This document shows, piece after piece, positions 32,529-41,680 of a DNA stretch of 64,000 nt. Numbering within the stretch: position 1 is the first letter of the stretch; each line of letters begins with the position of its first letter. The DNA is from Bacteroidota bacterium (GTDB lineage: Bacteria; Bacteroidota; Bacteroidia; Bacteroidales; VadinHA17). The stretch covers positions 112,010 through 176,009 of the forward strand of contig JADFDS010000021.1 of assembly GCA_018262715.1 (NCBI GenBank), read 5' to 3'. The position numbers and the translations under genes were made by a program. The notes under the pieces are model-generated. The model did not search any database, was not told the origin of the DNA, and worked only from the letters and a program-made list of their open reading frames with translations.

Positions 32529-32544
32529 GATTTATTTAAATGAA

Positions 32545-33240
32545 CTATTTTTTCTGACCGTAATATGCGTTTTTCCCGTGTTTACGCAGGTAATGCCTGT
32601 CAAGCAGGTGCCTGTCAATTTCTGCCGGATCTGCCAGCGTGGCTGAAATGGCTGCCATGCGTGCAACCTCCTCAAGGACAACGGCATTGTGCACTGCGTC
32701 GGCAGGCGTGGTGCCCCAGGTAAACGGCCCGTGTGAAGCAACAAGTACTGCCGGCATTGACATGGGATCAATCCCATTCAGCGCCTCGGCTATAACCAGG
32801 CCTGTGTTATACTCATAATCATCTGCGGTCTCCTTTTCAGTCAGCTTTCTTGTGACGGGAACAGCACCGTAAAAATGATCCGCGTGTGTTGTGCCAAGGC
32901 ATGGTACCGGCCTGCAGGCCTGGGCCCATGCTGTTGCATGTGTTGAATGTGTGTGCACTATACCGCCTGCTCCCGGGAAAGCCCTGTATAGCGCCCGGTG
33001 AGTGGGTGCATCTGTTGAAGGGTTCAGGGTCCCTTCCATGACATTCCCCTCAAGATCCGTCACAACCATGTCAGCAGCTGTCATTTTATCATAAGAAACC
33101 CCTGACGGTTTGATTACCATCAGCCCTGACTCACGGTCTATTCCGCTGACGTTACCCCAGGTCATGATGACCAGGCCATGTCTGACCAGATCAAGATTAG
33201 CCCTTAATACTTCCTCCTTAAGCTTTTCGAGCATGATCAA
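32545..33240 (-). CDS. araD: L-ribulose-5-phosphate 4-epimerase
   Basis: Class II aldolase fold motifs TWGNVSG and VHTHSTHATAWA. 231 aa. Confidence 0.9.
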   Translation of the reverse strand: MIMLEKLKEEVLRANLDLVRHGLVIMTWGNVSGIDRESGLMVIKPSGVSYDKMTAADMVVTDLEGNVMEGTLNPSTDAPTHRALYRAFPGAGGIVHTHSTHATAWAQACRPVPCLGTTHADHFYGAVPVTRKLTEKETADDYEYNTGLVIAEALNGIDPMSMPAVLVASHGPFTWGTTPADAVHNAVVLEEVARMAAISATLADPAEIDRHLLDRHYLRKHGKNAYYGQKK

Positions 33241-33283
33241 TGAGTGTTTATGGTTAAATCCGCTCCCCGAGCATCAAATGGTG

Positions 33284-33988
33284 TCAGCTCACCGCCAGGT
33301 TAAAGAAAAAACCGTTTCTGGTAAGCTCCTTGTATTTCTCAAGGTTGAACCTGTAGTACCAGGCTCCTTTTTTTGAAGTCTCTCTTTCCTTATCATCCTG
33401 TTTATCAAGCAGTTCCATTGAGAGAATTTTCTTTCTGAAGTTCCGTTTGTCTACCGGTCTGAGGTAAATTGCTTCATAGAGGTTCTGCAACTGAACCAGG
33501 GTAAACTTCTCGGGCAGGAGTTCAAATCCCACCGGGTAAACCTTAACCTTTTCCACCAGTTCACGCAGTGCCATGTCTACCATCTGCCTGTGATCGAAGA
33601 TGAGGTCAGGGAGATTTGAAATTGACCTCCAGTGAGCGCCGTTTTTCTTCTGTATCTCAGGGTTAAGCTCATGTATCCCGATGAGGGCGAAATAAGCTGT
33701 TGAGATAACCCTGGCACCCGGGTCACGGTTAACCTCGCCGTAGGTGTAGAGTTGCTCCATGTACAGGTCTGACAGGCCTGTCAGCGTGCAAAGCACTCTG
33801 CAAGCCGCATCATCAAGACTTTCTTCCTCCTGCACGAATCCCCCTGCAACCGACCACTGCCCGAGTGCGGGCTCAAAGCTTCTCTTTATCAGGAGAAGCT
33901 TGAGCTCCTTCTCGGCAATGTCATACCCGAAGATGATACAGTCTACAGCCAGGTAATGCTTCGGGTTTTTTGAATAAATGTGAGTCAT
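33284..33988 (-). CDS. araR: Nudix/NrtR-family transcriptional regulator (AraR type)
   Basis: Degenerate Nudix box [24 protein letters not shown] plus a C-terminal winged-helix-like region. Embedded between araA and araD, as in the Bacteroides ara locus. ATGA overlap with araA. Confidence 0.8.
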   Translation of the reverse strand: MTHIYSKNPKHYLAVDCIIFGYDIAEKELKLLLIKRSFEPALGQWSVAGGFVQEEESLDDAACRVLCTLTGLSDLYMEQLYTYGEVNRDPGARVISTAYFALIGIHELNPEIQKKNGAHWRSISNLPDLIFDHRQMVDMALRELVEKVKVYPVGFELLPEKFTLVQLQNLYEAIYLRPVDKRNFRKKILSMELLDKQDDKERETSKKGAWYYRFNLEKYKELTRNGFFFNLAVS

Positions 33989-35472
33989 AACCCTTTGTTG
34001 AGAGCGTAATACAGGTCATTCCATCTCAGTTCCTTTCTGAACTGCCCTATTTCACAATTCTCATCAATAAGCACATATTCAATTCCTGTCATATCAGCAA
34101 AATCGGCCATATGCTCAGCTGTGAGGGCCTGGCTGAAACTGGTATGGTGAGCGCCTCCTGCATAAATCCATGCAGTGGCGGCTGTCTTCAGATCCGGGTA
34201 AGGCTTCCACAGCACACTGGCCACGGGGAGTTTCGGCATCGGCGGGCATTCAATAACCTTCATGGTATTGACGATGAGCCTGAACCGGTCACCCATCTCA
34301 ACAAGAGAAGCAGCGAGGGCTTCGCCGAGGTTGGTTCTGAAGACCAGTCTTGCCGGGTCATCCTTTCCGCCTATACCCAGTGGATGGACCTCCAGTGCCG
34401 GCTTCCCGGCAGCTATCGAAGGACAAACCTCGAGCATATGCGCCCCGAGGATGGCCATGTTCTTGGGATCAAGGTGATATGTGTAATCTTCCATGAATGA
34501 GGTGCCTCCCCTGAGACCCTCGGCCATGACTTTCATTAAGCGAACCAGTGCTGCAGTCTTCCAGTCACCCTCAGCCCCGAAACCGTAGCCGTCAGCCATG
34601 AGTCTCTGTACAGCCAGACCAGGCAACTGGACGAGACCATGGAGATCCTCAAAGTTGGTGGTGAAAGCCTTGAACCCTCCCTTCTCAAGGAAGGCGCGCA
34701 TACCTGCTTCAATGCGGGCTGCCTCTTTAACTGCCGGTGTGGAAATCACCTTCGCGGGAGCCTTGTACTCATCGCCGTATTGCTTCACAAGGGCGCTGAT
34801 CTGCTTGTCTGTCACCTTGTTTACTGCATCCGCGAGATCTCCGATACCGTATCCCTGCACCTCATAATCAAGCTTTAGCTGTGCTGACACCTTATTACCT
34901 TCGGTAACAGCAACATCCCTCATGTTGTCACCAAAACGGGCAACCCTGAGCGAACGTGCCTCGAGGGCGCCCATGGCTGCGCGTGCCCATGCTCCGATAG
35001 AGCGAAGCACATCCTTATCCTGCCAGTGCCCTACAACCACCTTACGCTCCATCCTCAGCCGCGAGCAGATGAATCCAAACTCACGGTCACCGTGGGCCGA
35101 CTGGTTCAGGTTCATGAAATCCATGTCAATCTCATTCCATGGAATATCGCGATTAAACTGTGTATGGAAATGAAGCATCGGTTTGTTCAGCCTCTTCAGG
35201 CCGGCGGTCCACATCTTTGCAGGAGAGAACGTGTGCATCCAGGCTACCAGCCCTGCACATGCAGGAGAATTGTTGGCCTCCATGCATATCGAAGTGATTG
35301 CACTGGCAGTGGTCAGTACCGGTTTGAAAACAACCTTTACCGGGATGAGATCCGACTTGTCAAGTGCAGCAGCAATGGCTTTTGAATCATCAGCCACCTG
35401 CTTCAGAGTCTCTTCACCATAAAGATGCTGGCTCCCCGTGATGAACCAGAGTTCAAAATTTCCTTTTTTCAT
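33985..35472 (-). CDS. araA: L-arabinose isomerase
   Basis: [18 protein letters not shown]-terminus, 495 aa. Confidence 0.95.
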   Translation of the reverse strand: MKKGNFELWFITGSQHLYGEETLKQVADDSKAIAAALDKSDLIPVKVVFKPVLTTASAITSICMEANNSPACAGLVAWMHTFSPAKMWTAGLKRLNKPMLHFHTQFNRDIPWNEIDMDFMNLNQSAHGDREFGFICSRLRMERKVVVGHWQDKDVLRSIGAWARAAMGALEARSLRVARFGDNMRDVAVTEGNKVSAQLKLDYEVQGYGIGDLADAVNKVTDKQISALVKQYGDEYKAPAKVISTPAVKEAARIEAGMRAFLEKGGFKAFTTNFEDLHGLVQLPGLAVQRLMADGYGFGAEGDWKTAALVRLMKVMAEGLRGGTSFMEDYTYHLDPKNMAILGAHMLEVCPSIAAGKPALEVHPLGIGGKDDPARLVFRTNLGEALAASLVEMGDRFRLIVNTMKVIECPPMPKLPVASVLWKPYPDLKTAATAWIYAGGAHHTSFSQALTAEHMADFADMTGIEYVLIDENCEIGQFRKELRWNDLYYALNKGL

Positions 35473-35502
35473 TTTATTTATAGATCAGATAAACAAATCC
35501 TG

Positions 35503-37158
35503 TTAGTTCCAGAAATAGGCATAGAATACCAATATTACCGCGATGATCAGGCCGGAGGCAATGACATCCCACTTGTTCCAGCTTGCGCGGGTAACAGCCT
35601 TCTGTTCGGCGGTAGCTGAACCCAGGGTAAGGCCGATGATTCGCCGCTCGTCGATCTTCGGGGTAAAGTAGCTGACAATAATCATCGTGACGATCACAAT
35701 CGCAAAGTTGATGATCTCATAGTGCAGCCAGTTGGTTCCGACAAAGACCTGGTAGATGGTACCGTCAGGATTGAGTGATCCTTTGAAAACGGTGAATATC
35801 AGGCGGAACATCCCGATGGTGAAACCAGTCAGCAAGCCCGTGAGACCGGCAGCAGGAGTTATCTTCTTCGAAAGGATTCCGAGCAGGAACGCCGCGGCAA
35901 TACCCGGAGCAAGGATAGACTGAACATCCTGCAGGTATGCATAGAGGACCTTGCCTATGCCTTTCATGACCGGTATCCACAGAATCCCAAGAATCACAAC
36001 TATAACGGTTGCTATCCGTCCAACCCTTACCAGCTCCGCCTCCGGTGCCTTGGGTTTGTACTTCTGATAAAAGTCAATAGTGAAGAGCGTCGCCGAGGAG
36101 TTGAACAGTGATGCGAGTGAACTCATCAGGGCAGCCAGGATACCTCCGACCACCAGACCCTTGAAGCCCATCGGGAGTAACTCCTTGACAAGAGTTGAGA
36201 AAGCTGAATCAGAACTGGCAAGCGTAATGACACCCTGCTGGTTAAGGGCATAAGCTATCATTCCAGGAATAAGGAATATGAAGACAGGAGTCAGCTTGAG
36301 AGCACCACCGAAGATGGCACCGCGGCGGGCCTGTGTCTGGTCACGGCCTGAAAGCACACGCTGAACAATGTACTGGTCAGTACACCAGTACCAGAATCCT
36401 ATGATGGCTGATCCGAGCAGAACACCTGTCCAGGGGAACGTGGCATCCTTCGGTGAACGGATAAGCTGGGTCATGGTGTCTCCGTATTCGTTAACCGGAA
36501 CTGCACGGCATATATGCATAAGCTCATCCCAGCCGCCTACTTTGATCAGACCGGCAATAAGCACAGCAATTGAACCGGCAAGCAATACCGGCGTCTGAAG
36601 GACTGATGTCCAGAGCACCGCCTTCATTCCTCCAAGGGTTGTGTAGATACCGGTTATCAACACCAGTCCGATTGCACTTATCCAGAAGAAATCGATTCCC
36701 CAAATTGATTCTATGCCAAATACATCCTTGAAAACAACCCCGCCTGCATATACGGTAACGGCTACCTTGGTCAGCACATAACTGACAAGCGAAATAATTG
36801 ACAAAACCGACCTGGATTCCTTGTTATATCTCTTTTCCAGAAACTCGGGCATGGTGAATACCCCGCTACGCGAATAAAAAGGAACAAAAAGCCACCCTAG
36901 CAGCAGGATGAGCCAGCCATGCATCTCCCAGTGTGCCATCGCCATACCCGACGAGGCTCCTGCCCCGGCGAGACCTACAAGGTGCTCCGACCCAATGTTT
37001 GATGCAAAGATTGAGGCACCGATTGCAACCCAGGTTGCGTCACGTCCGGCAAGAAAGTAGTCAGTTGATGTGTCCTTCTTTCCCCGCATCGAGATAACGA
37101 TGAAGGCAACCAAGGCAAGGACAAATGCCCCCAGAACGATCCAGTCAAGTAGTAACAT
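35503..37158 (-). CDS. Sodium:solute symporter (SGLT-like), probable arabinose/sugar importer
   Basis: DYFLAGRD...GASIFASNIGSEHLVGLAG SSS signature. About 14 TM helices. First gene of the ara operon. Confidence 0.9.
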   Translation of the reverse strand: MLLLDWIVLGAFVLALVAFIVISMRGKKDTSTDYFLAGRDATWVAIGASIFASNIGSEHLVGLAGAGASSGMAMAHWEMHGWLILLLGWLFVPFYSRSGVFTMPEFLEKRYNKESRSVLSIISLVSYVLTKVAVTVYAGGVVFKDVFGIESIWGIDFFWISAIGLVLITGIYTTLGGMKAVLWTSVLQTPVLLAGSIAVLIAGLIKVGGWDELMHICRAVPVNEYGDTMTQLIRSPKDATFPWTGVLLGSAIIGFWYWCTDQYIVQRVLSGRDQTQARRGAIFGGALKLTPVFIFLIPGMIAYALNQQGVITLASSDSAFSTLVKELLPMGFKGLVVGGILAALMSSLASLFNSSATLFTIDFYQKYKPKAPEAELVRVGRIATVIVVILGILWIPVMKGIGKVLYAYLQDVQSILAPGIAAAFLLGILSKKITPAAGLTGLLTGFTIGMFRLIFTVFKGSLNPDGTIYQVFVGTNWLHYEIINFAIVIVTMIIVSYFTPKIDERRIIGLTLGSATAEQKAVTRASWNKWDVIASGLIIAVILVFYAYFWN

Positions 37159-37246
37159 GATTTCTTCGTGTTAGGTTATTTATAAATTAGTAATGGTATT
37201 CACTTCTGTATCAGCGCGGAATTCCCTGATCCCGCTGCATCTGTTA

Positions 37247-37342
37247 CTCTCAGCTTCCCGGCCCTGCAGAACTTCACGCTCCCTGTCCTGCAAGACTTCC
37301 CGCTCCCTGTCCTGTAAAACTTCACGCTCCCCCGCCTGCAGC
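37247..37342. repeat. 24-bp GC-rich tandem repeat, ~3.7 copies, upstream of the ara operon
   Basis: ACTTCACGCTCCCTGTCCTGCAAG / ACTTCCCGCTCCCTGTCCTGTAAA / ACTTCACGCTCCCCCGCCTGCAGC, plus a degenerate leading copy. Lies 89-184 nt upstream of ATG 37158 (minus strand). Confidence 0.9.
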
Positions 37343-37511
37343 AGAACCACACTTATGCAGATCCGGTCAGTGGTGCCAAATCCACCTTCTCCCCGGATGC
37401 TTACCCTTCTTTCAGAGTATGCAAGTTAAACAATAATTTAAATGTAAGATATACACTTCTATTTTTTTTATAAAAAATTGAAGTTTCATCCTTTCTTCAT
37501 CTTGTAATTCA

Positions 37512-37519
37512 TAATTTTG
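37512..37519 (+). promoter_or_regulatory. -7 box (TAATTTTG) for the five-gene two-component unit
   Basis: Perfect TAnnTTTG 74 nt upstream of ATG 37593. The leader carries the small hairpins GTTCA-N6-TGAAC and CCCGG-AAA-CCGGG (37572..37584). Confidence 0.4.
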
Positions 37520-37592
37520 CTGTGTATCAGTTCAATAAACTGAACCTCACATAAACCGAAGTTGCTGACGGCCCGGAAACCGGGAGAAAGGA

Positions 37593-38117
37593 ATGATGAT
37601 GAAAATTACGAAAAATATTCTTACGGTACTTATTTTGATGGCAATGAATTCCCTGATCATCAACGCCCAGGAGGTTCAGATAATGCCGGACACCTCAGCC
37701 GTAAGGCAGCAGAAGGCCCGGAAAGTGCAGGAGAAAGAACAGGAACGCACCGGGGAACAACAGGGGCAGAATGACCAGACCGGCAACCAGAATCAGAGTC
37801 AAAACCAGTCTGCAAGTAATTCCGGTCAGGGCAACCAGAATCAGAGTCAAAACCAGTCTGCAAGTAATTCCGGTCAGGGCAACCAGAATCAGAACCAGAA
37901 CCAGTCTGCCAGCCAGGGACAGGCAGCAAACAACAGCCAGGCAAAAGCACAGGGACAGGGCAGCAGTGCCTCCGGCGTCAAGAAGATCCAGGGGGCAAGG
38001 CCTGACTGGAGCAAAGCCCGCGGAGCCCGCCCGGCATCAGTTGAGAGGCCGTCAGGTTCACGAATACCAAAGGGAGCCGGCAAACCCGGCGGAGCCAAAG
38101 GACCCGGCAAAAGGTAA
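37593..38117 (+). CDS. Secreted Q/N-rich low-complexity repeat protein, unknown function
   Basis: Three consecutive ATGs. Signal peptide ...LILMAMNSLIINAQ. A 16-aa unit NQNQSQNQSASNSGQG occurs 2.3 times. Basic tail ...ARPASVERPSGSRIPKGAGKPGGAKGPGKR. I recognise no domain. Confidence 0.6.
   Translation: MMMKITKNILTVLILMAMNSLIINAQEVQIMPDTSAVRQQKARKVQEKEQERTGEQQGQNDQTGNQNQSQNQSASNSGQGNQNQSQNQSASNSGQGNQNQNQNQSASQGQAANNSQAKAQGQGSSASGVKKIQGARPDWSKARGARPASVERPSGSRIPKGAGKPGGAKGPGKR
37783..37895. repeat. Perfect 48-bp tandem duplication (2.3 copies) inside the Q/N-rich gene
   Basis: GCAACCAGAATCAGAGTCAAAACCAGTCTGCAAGTAATTCCGGTCAGG repeated exactly at 37783 and 37831. A third copy starts at 37879. 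Confidence 0.95.
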
Positions 38118-38139
38118 ATAAACCGGTAATCGTTGTGTC

Positions 38140-39042
38140 ATGAGACGAAGCCAGATGTGTACATATGCAATTGCCTGCAGCCTGTTGCTTCAGGCATTTG
38201 CCGTACCTGCAGCGGCACAGCCGGCATCAGGATCCCACACACATGACACCACAGGTACAGATGGCAAAGGCAGCATCCATTCATTGTACGCGGGCTCAGG
38301 CTTCGGAAACAATCTGCTCTACCTGGGTACAACAATGTCACAGGACCACAGCTTCGGCTATGCCTCAGCCTCATACGGACTGTTCAACAAACTTTACATT
38401 TCCGCTGCAGGTTATTCAGTCAGCAACTTCAGACCATTCACAGCTTTCTACAGCCTGGGACTCAGTTTCAACCACGCCTTCAACTCCTGGTTCGACATAA
38501 GCACAAGCCTTTCAGGGTATAATGTGGCAGCTTCACTGCGGGACACTCTCTTCAGCAATTTCACCTACGCCGATGCGACCCTGGGATTCGACTGGAGGAT
38601 CCTGTATTCCAAAATATCAGTCGGTGGCCTGTTTGCCGGCGAAAGCCAGTTTTATCTTCAGACAAGGCATTCGAGGTATTTTGAAACTCCTTCCTTCGCC
38701 CGGAATAAGGCATTCTTCTCGTTTGACCCGTATGTGAACCTCCTCTTCGGCACCATGGTAAGCATCACCACATCAGGAGGCGGCACGGAAACCACCGTTT
38801 CTCCGGGATACAAACCATGGAAAAGAAAAGGCCAGGGAGGCGGAAATCCTCAACCGGTCACCACCTACAGTGAATCATTCGGTCCTATGGAGATTGATTT
38901 CGGGATCCCCGTCGCTTTCAGCTATGACTTCTTCACCCTTGAGATCGAACCTGGTTACGTCATTCCCCTCTATTCCGATGAGGGAACTTCAGGTACCAGC
39001 GGTTTCCTCCTGATGGCAAGTCTCTTCTTCAGGATTTTTTAA
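38140..39042 (+). CDS. Predicted outer-membrane beta-barrel protein, unknown family
   Basis: Signal peptide MRRSQMCTYAIACSLLLQAFAVPAAAQ. About 13-14 alternating amphipathic strands (e.g. FTAFYSLGLSFNH, FTYADATLGFDW). C-terminal ...LFFRIF ends in Phe, a typical OMP terminus. Confidence 0.55.
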   Translation: MRRSQMCTYAIACSLLLQAFAVPAAAQPASGSHTHDTTGTDGKGSIHSLYAGSGFGNNLLYLGTTMSQDHSFGYASASYGLFNKLYISAAGYSVSNFRPFTAFYSLGLSFNHAFNSWFDISTSLSGYNVAASLRDTLFSNFTYADATLGFDWRILYSKISVGGLFAGESQFYLQTRHSRYFETPSFARNKAFFSFDPYVNLLFGTMVSITTSGGGTETTVSPGYKPWKRKGQGGGNPQPVTTYSESFGPMEIDFGIPVAFSYDFFTLEIEPGYVIPLYSDEGTSGTSGFLLMASLFFRIF

Positions 39043-39051
39043 CTTTGGATC

Positions 39052-39735
39052 ATGAACGTCCTTATCGTCGAAGACGAAAAGAGCCTTGCAGGTGAGATTG
39101 CCCTCTTCCTGAAACGGGAGAATTTCCTTTGTGACATGGCTCATACCGGTAGCGAGGCATCGGAAAAGATTGCCGTCAACCTGTACGACTTTGTGCTGCT
39201 TGACCTTGGTCTGCCGGACTACAACGGCCTTGACATCATCAGGGAGGCAAAGGAGATCAATTCTGATGTGTCTTTTATTATCATTACCGCACGGGGCGCA
39301 GTTGAAGACAGGATCAAGGGACTTGACCTCGGGGCTGACGACTATCTTCCGAAACCCTTCGCACTGGCGGAACTGCACGCACGGATAATGGCTGTAGCAC
39401 GCAGGAAGTTCCGTATCTCCTCTCCTGACATCACCCTTGGCGATTTCGTTATGAAAACCGATTCGAGGAAGCTGATGTGCGGACAAAAGGAGGTGGAGAT
39501 AACCAGGAAGGAGTTTGACCTGCTCTACTACCTGGTAATCAACAGGAACAAGGTGCTTGCCCGTCACCAGCTCTACGAGCATATATGGGGAAACACTCTC
39601 GATGACCAGTATGACAGTAATTTCATAGACGTACATATAAAGAATATCCGCAAGAAACTTAATGCCCATGCTCCCGCTCCCTGGCTTGAGACAGTCAGGG
39701 GTGTGGGATACAGGATAAGCACTGACAACCAATGA
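39052..39735 (+). CDS. OmpR/PhoB-family response regulator
   Basis: Receiver domain (VLIVEDE, LLDLGLPD, PK) plus winged helix (LETVRGVGYRI). Confidence 0.9.
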   Translation: MNVLIVEDEKSLAGEIALFLKRENFLCDMAHTGSEASEKIAVNLYDFVLLDLGLPDYNGLDIIREAKEINSDVSFIIITARGAVEDRIKGLDLGADDYLPKPFALAELHARIMAVARRKFRISSPDITLGDFVMKTDSRKLMCGQKEVEITRKEFDLLYYLVINRNKVLARHQLYEHIWGNTLDDQYDSNFIDVHIKNIRKKLNAHAPAPWLETVRGVGYRISTDNQ

Positions 39736-41072
39736 AGAACAGGGGCATGATGAAACTCCAGACCAAACTTGCGCTTTTCAACCTGCTCTCCAGACTGGTC
39801 TTCTCAGCCCTGTTTATCGGATTCCTCCCGCTGATAATAGAGCGCATCAATGTCAGGCAGACTGATAATGAGCTGGTCAATAAAAGGGAGGAAGTGATAA
39901 GTCTCATCTCGGAGGTGGGAATTGAACCCTTTATCCTTTCCGACACTGCCGCCGGGTTCGGAAGCTATAACATCCTGAAGGAGGAGTATATAAGCCTGGA
40001 AAGGGCCTCAACGGATGATGAGTGGAATTATATCGACATCACACAGAGAATCATTGATAATGAGACCATTGACTACCGGGTCCTTCACTACTCCCTGAAG
40101 ATTGACGGGGAATCTTATCTGCTTGAGATCGGAATGAGCCTGGCCAGCATAACCTATGCTGCCAGAAACATCCGGAATGTGATACTGGTTTTCCTGGGCC
40201 TTTTCATTCTTGTCACCCTCCTCTCTGACCTGGCCTATACGGCAAGGATACTCAGGCCACTTAGGAAAATAACCGGCAGGCTCGGCGAGACATCCTTTCC
40301 GTCATTTGATGTTGCTGAGCCACTGGTGACATCTACCGATGATTTTGCCAGGCTTGACCGGGCCCTCAGGGAGATGATGAAAAAAATCAGCGAGCTGTTC
40401 AGGAAAGAGAAGGAGATAACGGTAAATGTCTCGCATGAGCTGATGACACCGGTGTCAGTCCTGCGCAGCAAGCTTGAGAATATGCTGCTGAACGGAAACC
40501 CGGACCCGGCGACGGAAGCAGGTATTGAAGAGTCTCTCCGAATGCTTCACCGGCTGAAGGCGCTTGTCAACTCAATGCTTATGATCGCCCGGCTCGAGAG
40601 CCATCAATACCTGAGGGAGGAGAGCGTTGAAATCTGTGAACTGATAAGGGAGGTCACCGGAGAACTGGAACCCATCGCCGAGGATGGCGAAGTGACAGTC
40701 ACTCTCAGATGTGAAATCAATTACACTATGAAGAACGCCAACAGGTCTCTCCTCTTCTCCATGCTGTACAATGTAGTCAACAACGCCGTCCAGCACACCC
40801 CGAAGGGTGGCAGGATAGACATCGCCTGCGGGGAAAGCTCAGGCAGATTTGAGGTCTCCGTTTCTGATACCGGAGAGGGGATGTCACCGGAACAGCTTGA
40901 CCGGCTTTTTACACGTTTCAGCAACAGGCCTGACCACGCCGGCAACGGCACAGGGATCGGCCTTGCCATAACCAAATCTATTGCTGATTTTCATGATATT
41001 GCAATAAGGGTTCTGTCAGAACCAGGCAGGGGAACGCAATTTTTCTTCTTTTTCTCCGTAAATTCATTATAG
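39732..41072 (+). CDS. Sensor histidine kinase (two TM helices, periplasmic loop, HAMP-like linker, HisKA, HATPase)
   Basis: 4-nt ATGA overlap with the response regulator. H-box SHELMTPVSVL, N-box VVNNAVQHTP, G-boxes DTGEGM and GTGIGLAI. Confidence 0.85.
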   Translation: MKNRGMMKLQTKLALFNLLSRLVFSALFIGFLPLIIERINVRQTDNELVNKREEVISLISEVGIEPFILSDTAAGFGSYNILKEEYISLERASTDDEWNYIDITQRIIDNETIDYRVLHYSLKIDGESYLLEIGMSLASITYAARNIRNVILVFLGLFILVTLLSDLAYTARILRPLRKITGRLGETSFPSFDVAEPLVTSTDDFARLDRALREMMKKISELFRKEKEITVNVSHELMTPVSVLRSKLENMLLNGNPDPATEAGIEESLRMLHRLKALVNSMLMIARLESHQYLREESVEICELIREVTGELEPIAEDGEVTVTLRCEINYTMKNANRSLLFSMLYNVVNNAVQHTPKGGRIDIACGESSGRFEVSVSDTGEGMSPEQLDRLFTRFSNRPDHAGNGTGIGLAITKSIADFHDIAIRVLSEPGRGTQFFFFFSVNSL

Positions 41073-41135
41073 CTTCATTTTCACGGGTTTATTTTTGATC
41101 TGTTATCTGAAAATGAACTTAAAACAGAAGGAAAA

Positions 41136-41624
41136 ATGAAAAAGGAAATTCTTTTAGGTGCAATGGCACTTTTAATAAGCACAGGCGTCATGGCTCAGAC
41201 TACCGAACCGGTACAGACGCAGACCAAAACCAAAAAACAGCTCAGGATCGAGGCAAAACAGCAGGCTAAAGTCCAGGATCAGACACAGAGTGGTGACCCG
41301 ATAATGATTAAGGATCAGAAAAGGACCAGGGACCAGAAAAGGGAAAAGATTCAGGACCAGACACAGAGTGGTGACCCCATCATGACCCGCGACCGGACCA
41401 GGCAGGAGACACATGGTGCTGCTGTAAGTGAGACTGCAAAACAGGCTCAGACACAGAACCAGGGAGGCGTTGGCGAGATGGTAAGGGAACAGGCCAGGCT
41501 CCAGGGGGAAGCTCAGAAATCAATGAAACAGGCAAAAACAGCCACTAAAAACAAAGGTGCTGCAAAAGCCGTCAGGACTAACCGTCCGGCAACAGTAAAA
41601 GGGACCGGCGCTGGTCGCAGGTAA
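41136..41624 (+). CDS. Secreted Q/K/T-rich low-complexity repeat protein, unknown function
   Basis: Signal peptide ...LLISTGVMAQ. Motif QDQTQSGDPIM occurs twice, 26 aa apart. Basic tail ...NRPATVKGTGAGRR, which resembles the tail of the 37593 protein. Confidence 0.6.
   Translation: MKKEILLGAMALLISTGVMAQTTEPVQTQTKTKKQLRIEAKQQAKVQDQTQSGDPIMIKDQKRTRDQKREKIQDQTQSGDPIMTRDRTRQETHGAAVSETAKQAQTQNQGGVGEMVREQARLQGEAQKSMKQAKTATKNKGAAKAVRTNRPATVKGTGAGRR
41274..41385. repeat. Two ~34-nt copies 78 nt apart inside the Q/K-rich gene
   Basis: CAGGATCAGACACAGAGTGGTGACCCGATAATGA versus CAGGACCAGACACAGAGTGGTGACCCCATCATGA. Confidence 0.9.
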
Positions 41625-41643
41625 CCCGGAATTAAAGGCTGAG

Positions 41644-41680
41644 AAAAAAGCCGGCGGAGAGATCTGCCGGTTTTTTTATT
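41644..41680. terminator. Bidirectional rho-independent terminator between the Q/K-rich gene (+) and typA (-)
   Basis: A6, then GCCGGCGGA-GAGA-TCTGCCGG, then T7. Confidence 0.75.

Noticed and set aside
37193-37429. 78-aa ORF across the 24-bp tandem repeat (..SRSLSCKTSRSLSCKTSRS..)
   Set aside because: The periodic peptide is just the repeat read in frame (24 = 8 codons). I see no promoter or start context. Treated as non-coding repeat DNA.
37247-37895. Possible CRISPR array (regular direct repeats)
   Set aside because: The repeats are directly tandem with no unique spacers. They are 24 or 48 bp with only 2-4 copies, one set is in-frame coding, and there are no cas genes in the window.
37593-38117. 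Calling the Q/N-rich protein a curli CsgA homologue
   Set aside because: The composition is reminiscent of curli. However, the 16-aa unit occurs only ~2.3 times, does not fit the S-x5-Q-x-G-x-G-N-x-A-x3-Q repeat, and no csgB/E/F/G-like genes are present. I keep it only as a speculative analogy.
37771-38121. 116-aa alternative-frame ORF inside the Q/N-rich gene, plus the antisense ORFs 37660..37950 and 37889..38110
   Set aside because: Only the 37593 frame has a signal peptide and sits correctly behind the promoter box. The others are by-products of low-complexity repeat sequence.
38989-39732. 247-aa minus-strand ORF antisense to the response regulator
   Set aside because: The plus-strand response regulator has complete receiver and wHTH motifs. 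The antisense ORF has no recognisable features.
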